A model generated the notes under the pieces. The model was not told the DNA's origin, made no database searches, and saw only the letters and a program-made list of their open reading frames with translations. Shown piece after piece: positions 49,998-57,548 of a stretch of DNA of 64,000 nucleotides. The number at the start of each line of letters is the position of its first letter. Position 1 is the first letter of the stretch. Source of the stretch: a virus; the IMG/VR virus record IMGVR_UViG_3300021964_012561, positions 32,001 to 96,000 of that record; one strand, written 5' to 3'. Position numbers and translations under genes: made by a program.

Positions 49998-50005
49998 ATA
50001 ATTAT
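49998..50005. promoter_or_regulatory. Palindromic ATAATTAT, putative bidirectional late promoter
   Basis: Lies between divergent genes 49964(-) and 50040(+); reads ATAATTA on both strands. Confidence 0.4.
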
Positions 50006-50039
50006 CTTTATTAATAGCTATTTACTAAAGGAGAAAACA

Positions 50040-50375
50040 ATGCCAATAGCAAAAAAAACAGTAGAAGCAAAAAAAGAAGAAGTAGCAACTCACAAGCACG
50101 ATGACTTATTGAAAGAAATCAATGCACTTAAAAAAGAATTAGAAACAGTTAAGGCAGAATCAGCAGCACTTAAAGGTCAATGTCATAGCTGCTGCGGAGA
50201 TTTATCAGATCTTAAAAAACAGCTTAGTAGCTTAAAATCAGCGCCTGCAGCTAGTAAAGATGGTAGAGTTGATTTATTAATTGACATTCTTAAGCTTAAT
50301 TTAGCAAAAGGAAAACCGCAAGCAGTGGCAATTAAAGATAGTAAAAAAGCTGAGGCAATTTTAAATTCTTTGTAA
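50040..50375 (+). CDS. Small coiled-coil protein
   Basis: AAGGAG SD before ATG 50040 (MPIAKK...); heptad pattern with a CHSCC cluster. Confidence 0.6.
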   Translation: MPIAKKTVEAKKEEVATHKHDDLLKEINALKKELETVKAESAALKGQCHSCCGDLSDLKKQLSSLKSAPAASKDGRVDLLIDILKLNLAKGKPQAVAIKDSKKAEAILNSL

Positions 50376-50384
50376 TAATTAATA

Positions 50385-50437
50385 GCAGGCCCGGCACAAG
50401 CATAATAGCTGATCTCGCCAGTGTGTCGGAATCTTGC
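50385..50437 (+). ncRNA. Putative structured 5' leader RNA
   Basis: GC-rich island; GCAGG/CTTGC and CCGGCACA/TGTGTCGG stems with G-U pairs enclose an AGC-ATAATA-GCT hairpin; SD AGGAGGTG follows. Confidence 0.45.
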
Positions 50438-50458
50438 GAACCTAAAAGGAGGTGAATT

Positions 50459-50899
50459 ATGCCAACAATTATAGTTGATCCTAAAAAAGGACTACATCAA
50501 AAAGCAGCAACATCAACAGAACCCGCAGGTTCTTTGTCCGGACATAAAAATGTTGTTAAGACATTAACCGGTGCGACAACTTTAACTGAAACTGACAGCG
50601 GCAAAACTTTTTTATTAAGTTTATCGGAGGGGACAGTGCAATTTCCTGTTAAGCCAGGATGGCATGGAGAATTTATCATAACCGGTTCTTGTGCAGCTGT
50701 TGTTTCTGGAAGTGATGCAGGTGGAATTGCTGTTGATGGAATTTCTAGACAGTTAGGAGGTGATGCTTCTGAGGATGCCGTCGTAATTGCGAATGGAAAA
50801 GCGACTTTTCAGGTCGGCACAACAGCTTCAGGAGACAGAGTAAAAATAAACGTTTTGACAACTGCATTAATAGACGTGCAGACTGCAACTAGTACTTAA
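50459..50899 (+). CDS. Possible capsid decoration/fibre protein
   Basis: Monocistronic with strong SD and own terminator; 'TTLTETDSGKTFLL' beta-rich Thr/Ala/Gly composition. Confidence 0.5.
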   Translation: MPTIIVDPKKGLHQKAATSTEPAGSLSGHKNVVKTLTGATTLTETDSGKTFLLSLSEGTVQFPVKPGWHGEFIITGSCAAVVSGSDAGGIAVDGISRQLGGDASEDAVVIANGKATFQVGTTASGDRVKINVLTTALIDVQTATST

Positions 50900-50916
50900 T
50901 TTTATTTTAACTTTAT

Positions 50917-50946
50917 AAAAGACACTCATTTCGGGTGTCTTTTTTT
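50917..50946 (+). terminator. Rho-independent terminator
   Basis: AAAAGACACTC-ATTTC-GGGTGTCTTTTTTT. Confidence 0.8.
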
Positions 50947-50998
50947 ATGTTTGCAAGAAGTTACTGTTTAGTTTATGTGATACTTTAAAGTGTTAGGT

Positions 50999-51006
50999 GA
51001 TAATTA
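50999..51006 (+). promoter_or_regulatory. Putative late promoter of the leader-tagged gene cassette
   Basis: GATAATTA upstream of the GGAGG SD. Confidence 0.45.
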
Positions 51007-51036
51007 TTAAGGACATATATATTGGAGGTTACAGAG

Positions 51037-51387
51037 ATGTCTCAGTTAAACAGAAAACAGTTGAGAAAAATGCTTTTAAAAGAATTTAAAATGATTGGAA
51101 TGGCTAGTCCGCATGTAGGAATGTTGGGAAGTTCACCATTTCAGCAAAATGATCATGGTTGTGATGCATGTGGAATGTCACCTTGTGGATGTGACGAGCA
51201 TGAAGATCATGATCATGGACAATTTAGTATGACAGTTGGAAAAGCTGATTATGTAGGTGGTCATAAAGGACAAGTTTCAAAAGAAGATTGTTGCAAAGCT
51301 GTGCTTTGTCTTATTGAATGCTGTGATTGTCCTGAAACGAAAGCATTACTTCAGGAATGTTGCGAAGATATTCTTTCTCGTTGTTAA
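51037..51387 (+). CDS. Cys/His-rich (metallothionein-like) protein with shared leader
   Basis: MSQLNRKQLRKMLLKE; CDACGMSPCGC, HEDHDH, DCCK..C..ECCDC..ECC..C. Confidence 0.65.
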   Translation: MSQLNRKQLRKMLLKEFKMIGMASPHVGMLGSSPFQQNDHGCDACGMSPCGCDEHEDHDHGQFSMTVGKADYVGGHKGQVSKEDCCKAVLCLIECCDCPETKALLQECCEDILSRC

Positions 51388-51395
51388 TTTTATAG

Positions 51396-51785
51396 ATGTA
51401 TCTAACTCGTCGCAATCTTCGATCATTGATTCTAGAATCTATCAGTGAGATTTTAAGTGAAGCTGATCCGAAAGTAGGCACAGGTAAAAAGCCAAAAGGA
51501 TCAGGTCGAAGATTGTATACAGACGAAAACCCAAAAGATACAGTTCGTGTTAAATTTTCAAATGTTTCAGATATTAGAAAAACATTTTCTAAAAAAAGTT
51601 TTAAGTCAAAATCACATAAGCGTCAATCACAAATAATTAATTTGGTACACCAAAGGGTTCGAGCAGCATATAAAAATGCAAAAGATCCAAAAGTTAAAAA
51701 ACGTTTAAAAAAAGCTTATGATTATGCTAAAAAAAGAAAAGAAGCAAGCAAAAGAAAAACAGAAAGAATGAGAAAGAAAAAATGA
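51396..51785 (+). CDS. Basic protein with shared leader
   Basis: MYLTRRNLRSLILE; DPKVGTGKKPKGSGRRLYTDENPKDTV. Confidence 0.65.
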   Translation: MYLTRRNLRSLILESISEILSEADPKVGTGKKPKGSGRRLYTDENPKDTVRVKFSNVSDIRKTFSKKSFKSKSHKRQSQIINLVHQRVRAAYKNAKDPKVKKRLKKAYDYAKKRKEASKRKTERMRKKK

Positions 51786-52159
51786 AACTAACAAGAGCGT
51801 TTTTAAGAAATTTAATTAAAGAAGTTAAAGGTGACAAGTCTTGCAAAAAAGCAACACAAGATCCTGAGTACAATAAAAAGAAAAAAGAAATTGCAGCTTC
51901 AAAAAAAGACGTTGCATATGGTCCTTCTAGCAGGCCTGAATTAAAAGATTATGCAAAGAAAGGCAAACTTTGTGGTAATTGTGGTGCATTTGATGTAACA
52001 AAAGAAATGCAAAATTGCATGAATGTTAAATACCCAAAAAAAATCGACGCTAACTTTTTAATTAAAGGTAAAAAGAAAGGCTACTGTTTAATGCATGACT
52101 TTATGTGTTCAGGTCATAAGACTTGTTTGACTTGGGGTTCAGGCGGTCCGAAAAAATGA
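51782..52159 (+). CDS. Cys-cluster (possibly HiPIP-like Fe-S or Zn) protein with shared leader
   Basis: MKLTRAFLRNLIKE; LCGNCGAF...GYCLMHDFMC...KTCLTW. Confidence 0.6.
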   Translation: MKLTRAFLRNLIKEVKGDKSCKKATQDPEYNKKKKEIAASKKDVAYGPSSRPELKDYAKKGKLCGNCGAFDVTKEMQNCMNVKYPKKIDANFLIKGKKKGYCLMHDFMCSGHKTCLTWGSGGPKK

Positions 52160-52506
52160 AACTTACTAGGCAAAAATTAAAATCGCTTATTCTTGAAATC
52201 TTTTTACAAGAAAAAAAGAAACGTAAAAAGCGTAAAAAGAAAAAGATTGATTATAAAAAAGCCTATAAAAAATACCACAGTTCAAAAAAAGCTAAACAAG
52301 AGCGTGCACAAAGAAATGCTGCTGGCCGAAAATTAAAAAAGATGGGTGTTAAAATACCTAGTGGTTATGAAATAGATCATAAAAATCCGATAAATAGTGG
52401 TGGATCAAATGATTTGTCTAACTTAAGAATAATTCCTCGTGGTAAAAATAGAGCTTTAGGACAAAAAATAACAACTGCAAAAAGAAAAAAGAACGGGAGT
52501 TATTAA
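52156..52506 (+). CDS. HNH endonuclease with shared leader
   Basis: ATGA overlap start; MKLTRQKLKSLILE; YEIDHKNPINSGGSNDLSNLRII..GKN HNH motif. Confidence 0.75.
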   Translation: MKLTRQKLKSLILEIFLQEKKKRKKRKKKKIDYKKAYKKYHSSKKAKQERAQRNAAGRKLKKMGVKIPSGYEIDHKNPINSGGSNDLSNLRIIPRGKNRALGQKITTAKRKKNGSY

Positions 52507-53733
52507 ATGAAACTTACCAGAAGACAATTAAGAAAATTAATATTAGAACAGATTAGCAATACTACATTTAAAGATGCTGAAGAGTCTGGAGTAATTCCCG
52601 AACCGGAGCATAGTACAGATCCTTACCCAGGAAAGATAAAGTTTCCTGGTCATTCTGCAGCTGATGCAGAGCATAGAAGAGCAACCGATTTTATGAATCC
52701 TGAATATAAAGCTACACCTTTAGAACGTCAAAGAATTAAGAATAAGGCATATGGAAATTATGTTAAAAACTTACAACAAGGTATGGAAAAAGGGGACGCT
52801 GAGCGTTTGTATGATGCACAATCTAAAGGATATCCGGACTACCTCACTATGGAGCGAGATTTAGGTAGAAAAGAAGCTTACTCTTTCCACAGCTACAACG
52901 ATATGGAATTAGATCAAAAAACAAGAGAAGAGTTAGCTGCAGAATTTCCTGACATGGATTTTACAGATGTGCAACCTAGCGTTGATCTTAAATTAAGTAG
53001 CATGATAAAAAAGTTTAGAGACGAGAGTCCTGGTGGCAGAACAACAGTTTATAAACTTAACAGTTTTATTAGAGATCTAGTAGCAACTGACATATCAAAA
53101 CAAGATACTGAAGTTGGAGAATTTATAGCTGCTAATCGACCAAATTTTCTTAAGGATTATCAAGAAAAAGGTTATTATAAGGACACAAAGCTAAATGAAA
53201 ATAAATTTACAAGAAAAGATTTAAGAAGCTTAATGAACGAAGAGTTAAAAAGATTGTCATATGTCAGTAAAGAACAAGGACATACATACGGGATTGAACA
53301 TTTACCCGATCAATATGATCAGAAAAAAGCAGACGATATAATAGGACACACCTGACTGACTCATGTTCGGAAGAAGGGTTCTTCCTTAAATGAAGTTGGT
53401 TTTGTTCTTTGGCATTCCTTAAATGAAAGTGGTCATGTTGCAATTTATGATGTTGAATGGCCTAACGGAACAATTGAAAGAAACATACCTGCACGTCTTT
53501 TAGAAAAAGTAAAAGATAGTAATGATAGTGTTGATGAACATGATGAGCATGGAGTTGTAGGTCATGAAGAAGACTCACTGTTAGGCGAAAGAAAATATAA
53601 AAAAAGAAAGAAGAAAAAGAAGTCAACAAAGAAAAAGCCTAAGTATTGGTATCTAGGTGGTTATGGAATAGACCATGATCATGATTTTGCTGATTTTGAT
53701 GGAGACTTCGGCGGAGATGGAGGCGGAGAATGA
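52507..53733 (+). CDS. Putative selenoprotein (408 aa, Sec283 at TGA 53353-53355) with shared leader
   Basis: Frame stays open for 125 codons after the TGA and ends in an ATGA overlap with the next gene; SECIS-like hairpin immediately 3' of the TGA; H-T-U-L-T-H context. Confidence 0.7.
53356..53399 (+). promoter_or_regulatory. Bacterial-type SECIS element
   Basis: Upper stem GGAAGAA (53369-53375)/TTCTTCC (53379-53385) with a GGG loop 20 nt after the UGA; lower stem CTGACT-CAT/ATG-A-AGTTGG. Confidence 0.65.
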
Positions 53734-54368
53734 AAATAACAAGAAAAAATCTTAACATACTGATAGAAAGGTACTTAAAAGAGTCAGATGAAAAAACAGT
53801 GCCAGGCGATAAATTCATTGACATACTAGATAAAAAGCAAAAAAAGCAAGAAAAAAACATACATGCTGTGACAGATTTTAGAAAAGGCAGTGATAGGGGT
53901 CAATTTCCTCCATTGACGTTTGGTCCAGGAGTGGACGATGAAGGTAATTTAGAGGGTGGTAAATTTACAACTGTCCATGATTATCACGAACCTGACCCAT
54001 ATGATCATGCTGCTGTTAGAAGATACAAAAAACAACACTATTTAGGTCCTGATGATAAGTCCGTAGATGATCCTGAAATTACAAGAATTGGCTTAGAAGA
54101 CGATGAAGATACTGAAGAGTCTCCTTTTGGAACACAATATTCTTTAGATGCTACAGATCCACAATTTAGAATGGATGATAGGACTGTAGAAGATGATGGT
54201 TTTACCGCACACAGCGATGATGACTTTCACATGGAAGACGAGTACGATGAAGATTATGAAGAATCTGAAGATTATACAGAAGAAGATACTCTTTATGATA
54301 TAGACGATGACAGTGAAGATGATGGTTTGATTGCAAAAATTAGAAAGTTTTTTTCTGGAAAGAAATAA
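53730..54368 (+). CDS. Acidic protein with shared leader
   Basis: MKITRKNLNILIERYL; D/E-rich C-terminal half. Confidence 0.65.
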   Translation: MKITRKNLNILIERYLKESDEKTVPGDKFIDILDKKQKKQEKNIHAVTDFRKGSDRGQFPPLTFGPGVDDEGNLEGGKFTTVHDYHEPDPYDHAAVRRYKKQHYLGPDDKSVDDPEITRIGLEDDEDTEESPFGTQYSLDATDPQFRMDDRTVEDDGFTAHSDDDFHMEDEYDEDYEESEDYTEEDTLYDIDDDSEDDGLIAKIRKFFSGKK

Positions 54369-54453
54369 TTTAACGTAATAATTGTTAATAGATTAGTTGC
54401 TTTTTGAAGTCTTGTTTTGTTCGTAATATATAATATAAACTAACGAGGTACCA

Positions 54454-55611
54454 ATGGCTATTTTTTCTCAGATATCAAACCCTACACCGTTTGGAATTTA
54501 TGACAATGAATCTATTTTTCAAACAGATGCAGATAATATGGTTACTTTTGTCAAAAGAAAACTAGGTGACGATATACTTTCTGTGGAACTTACTAAAAAA
54601 CAAATTTTTGGAAATTTTGAGGAAGCTGTATTAGAATACAGCTCAATTCTTAATCAGTATCAGGCCAAATCTCAAATGGTCAATTATTTAGGTTTTGCAA
54701 CAGGAAGCGCTTTAAGCGGTAGTGAAAATAAATACCCGCGTGAAAACCTAGAATATTTGTCACGTTTCGCCGAACCTTACGCAATGGAGGCTGGAATCGG
54801 TGGTTCTTATAACTTTGTTAGTGGAACAATCAGCCTTGAGAGTGGTCGACAGGATTATGATTTATATACAGAACTAAAAAATGGGTCTGGTGATGCAATT
54901 TTTGATGATACAAAAGGTAAAATTAAAGTAGCTGAAGTATTTCATTACAATCCTCAAGCAGCATATCGATTTTTTGATACAACTTCTGCAATTAATTACC
55001 TAAACAATGAATTTAGCTTTGAATCATTTACTCCTGAAACTATTTTTTATGTTTTACCTGTTTTTGAAGACATTTTAAGGGCAGGACAATTAGATTTATC
55101 TAATCGTGTAAGAAGATCTAATTATTCTTACAAAGTAACCGGTACAAAAATTAGAATATTTCCAATACCAACAAAAAGTTCTAAAAAATTATGGGTGAGA
55201 ATTAGGCAGTATCCTGATCCTAATTCACCAGCATACAAAGATAATTCTATAACAGGAGTTTCAAACCTAAGTAATATTCCTTTCGGGAATATTCCTTATA
55301 AACAAATCAATTCCATAGGAAAACAGTGGATTAGACAATATACAGTTGCTATTTCAATGGAGCAATTAGGTTATATTAGGGGAAAATTTGGTAATGTTCC
55401 TATTCCTGGAGGTGATGTATCTTTGAATTCATCAGATATGATTAATAATGGTAGGTCTGATAAAGAATCTTTGGTTACTAAATTAAAGGAAATGTTAGAA
55501 ACAATGACATATGATAAATTAGTTGAATTGCAAGCTACGAGAGCAGAGCAAATTAATAAACAACTTAAATACGTTCCTGTCCCAAATGGAAAATGTGTTT
55601 ATTTAGGATAG
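54454..55611 (+). CDS. gp13: Neck protein (T4 gp13-like head-tail adaptor)
   Basis: KRKLGDDILSVEL...FEEAV; WIRQYTVA..MEQLGYIRGKFGNVPIPGGDVSLN. Confidence 0.8.
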   Translation: MAIFSQISNPTPFGIYDNESIFQTDADNMVTFVKRKLGDDILSVELTKKQIFGNFEEAVLEYSSILNQYQAKSQMVNYLGFATGSALSGSENKYPRENLEYLSRFAEPYAMEAGIGGSYNFVSGTISLESGRQDYDLYTELKNGSGDAIFDDTKGKIKVAEVFHYNPQAAYRFFDTTSAINYLNNEFSFESFTPETIFYVLPVFEDILRAGQLDLSNRVRRSNYSYKVTGTKIRIFPIPTKSSKKLWVRIRQYPDPNSPAYKDNSITGVSNLSNIPFGNIPYKQINSIGKQWIRQYTVAISMEQLGYIRGKFGNVPIPGGDVSLNSSDMINNGRSDKESLVTKLKEMLETMTYDKLVELQATRAEQINKQLKYVPVPNGKCVYLG

Positions 55612-55621
55612 GAGTAAAATT

Positions 55622-56287
55622 ATGGCACGACTTTTTATCTCACCTAGAGAAATTAACTTTATAAATGATTTAGCCAAAGAACTTGTAAAAGATATAGCAG
55701 GGCAAAAAATTTACTATTTCCCAGTATCAGAAGTAAAGTCAAGAGTACACGATATATACGAAGAAGCAATAGATAAAATTTTTGATGACCCAATTGAAAT
55801 TGAGTGTTTTGTTAAGTATGAAGAACCTGCTACAAAAACAGATAGGTTTGGTTCCGAAAAATACTTCTCAGTGACTGCTTACATTCAGTCAAGAGACTTA
55901 TTAGATAAAGGAATAGAGATTTTAGAAGGTGACTTCTTTTCATATGGGTCTGTTTTTTTTGAAGTTGTAACAAGCCCGGGAACAAATGTAATTTTTGGTC
56001 AAATTGAACACGGTCAGTATATTACAGTCACAGGTAAACAATCAAGAAAATCTAACTTTATTGCTAAAGTTTTCGGACCTACATCAGAAGAATATACAGA
56101 TGCTGATGCTGTTCAAGAAACATTTGTACAACAAAGAGGATTTGAAGAAAATAGATTAGGAAAAACAGCTGATAAAAGAGAATTACAAGAAAATGGTGTT
56201 TTGGAAAAGCCGATTAGTGGCCCAAGAGAAGTATCTAAAAAAGGAGATAATTCTAATGTAGGTTCTTCTTTTTATGGAGATGAATAA
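55622..56287 (+). CDS. gp14: Neck/head-closure protein (T4 gp14-like)
   Basis: GQKIYYFP...IYEEA..KIFDDPIEIEC...EGDFF; follows gp13-like gene. Confidence 0.7.
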   Translation: MARLFISPREINFINDLAKELVKDIAGQKIYYFPVSEVKSRVHDIYEEAIDKIFDDPIEIECFVKYEEPATKTDRFGSEKYFSVTAYIQSRDLLDKGIEILEGDFFSYGSVFFEVVTSPGTNVIFGQIEHGQYITVTGKQSRKSNFIAKVFGPTSEEYTDADAVQETFVQQRGFEENRLGKTADKRELQENGVLEKPISGPREVSKKGDNSNVGSSFYGDE

Positions 56288-57492
56288 TGTCTAAATTTGG
56301 TGATAAAATCTTTAGTCAATTTGATGGAACAAATGTTCCTGATGATTTTGAGTTTCCTTCAATTGAAATTGAAGATATTGACAGGGCAGTATTTAATTTA
56401 TTTGATAAAACAATAGGGTTTGAAGTTGAAGAAAAAGGATCTTCAAGAAAAGTTCCTGTTATCTTTGCAACTGGAGAACGATTCGCCTTAACTAGGAGAA
56501 AGAATTCAATTAGGGATAAAAACAACGCGTTAATTCTGCCTCTAATTTCTATACTCAGAGGTGAAATTGACGTAAGTCCTAGTCAACATAACAAAGGCAC
56601 GGCAATAGCATACAGAGATCAGCCTAATTACTATATTAAAAAAAGACTTTCTAAAAAAGATAGAAAATATCAAAATTTAATAAATAAACAAAAAATTAAA
56701 AACCAAGATAACGTTGCTCAAAATAGTTCTTTCATAGATGATTCTATTTATCCGGGCAAATTTTCTTCTCCCGGTACTATCGCAAATAGAAGTAATAAAA
56801 GCAATAATAGTTTATTTAAAGGTGTTAACATTAATTTAGCAAATGATCTTAAAGATAACATTTTTGAAATAATAGAAGTACCTTATCCTAAATTTATGTC
56901 TATTAAATATGAAGTTGTTTTTTGGTGTCAATATATGCAACAAGCAAATCAAATGCTACAAATGGTTTTTAGAAATTATAAAGGGCAAGGTCATGAAATA
57001 CCAATAACTACTTCTAGCGGATACGAATTAGTAGCTTATTTTAGTGAGACTTTTTCCTTAGATAGTAATTTTACTGACTTTACTAACGAAGAAAGAATGG
57101 TCAAATATGCATTTGGAATCACGATTCCAGGATACATGATTAATCCAAAGTCTGTGAAGGGATTACCAAATCAATTAAGAACTTATATGTCTGCTCCTTT
57201 TATTGATTTTGGCTACAAAGATTCAGCAAATAAAATTGTCTTAAGAAATAAAAGTCAAACTATAAAAGACGAAAACGCAAACAAGAACGTCTTGTCAGAC
57301 TTAAATAACATAAACGAATTTAAAGAACAAAAGAGAGGAGAAACATCAGAAGAAATTGAACATTATGTGCAAAACCCTTTTACAGGGAAAAAAGAAGTAA
57401 GATTCTCAAAAGTTTTGGGAAAAAACAAAAGAACAGGAGAATCTGTGATTTCTCCGCTTATAGTCAAAGACATTGAAAAGCAAAACGAATAA
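56287..57492 (+). CDS. gp15: Tail completion/terminator protein (T4 gp15-like)
   Basis: KVPVIFATGER...LILPLISI; PYPKFMSIKYEV..W..Y..QANQ; lies before the sheath gene. Confidence 0.65.
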   Translation: MSKFGDKIFSQFDGTNVPDDFEFPSIEIEDIDRAVFNLFDKTIGFEVEEKGSSRKVPVIFATGERFALTRRKNSIRDKNNALILPLISILRGEIDVSPSQHNKGTAIAYRDQPNYYIKKRLSKKDRKYQNLINKQKIKNQDNVAQNSSFIDDSIYPGKFSSPGTIANRSNKSNNSLFKGVNINLANDLKDNIFEIIEVPYPKFMSIKYEVVFWCQYMQQANQMLQMVFRNYKGQGHEIPITTSSGYELVAYFSETFSLDSNFTDFTNEERMVKYAFGITIPGYMINPKSVKGLPNQLRTYMSAPFIDFGYKDSANKIVLRNKSQTIKDENANKNVLSDLNNINEFKEQKRGETSEEIEHYVQNPFTGKKEVRFSKVLGKNKRTGESVISPLIVKDIEKQNE

Positions 57493-57517
57493 TTAAATGA
57501 TGTTTCTATGTTTTTAA

Positions 57518-57525
57518 GATAATTA
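57518..57525 (+). promoter_or_regulatory. Putative late promoter
   Basis: GATAATTA upstream of the AGGAG SD of sheath 1. Confidence 0.45.
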
Positions 57526-57548
57526 ATTAAGAATTGAAGGAGTTATGA

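Noticed and set aside
52210-52250. A-rich AAAAAG tandem runs as a repeat or frameshift site
   Set aside because: They encode a poly-Lys/Arg tract in an intact ORF; no alternative-frame product is evident.
52156-52506. HNH gene as a mobile homing endonuclease or intron
   Set aside because: It interrupts no gene, no intron structure is evident, and it carries the shared leader in a coupled operon.
53353-53355. Genome-wide TGA reassignment (genetic code 4 or 25) as the explanation for the in-frame TGA
   Set aside because: No other gene in 64 kb appears interrupted by TGA, Trp is encoded by TGG, and TGA serves as a stop in ATGA overlaps (18162, 51783, 52157, 53731). The readthrough is site-specific.
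53639-53860. 73-aa minus-strand ORF
   Set aside because: Antisense shadow of the read-through extension and the 53730 gene; no supporting features.
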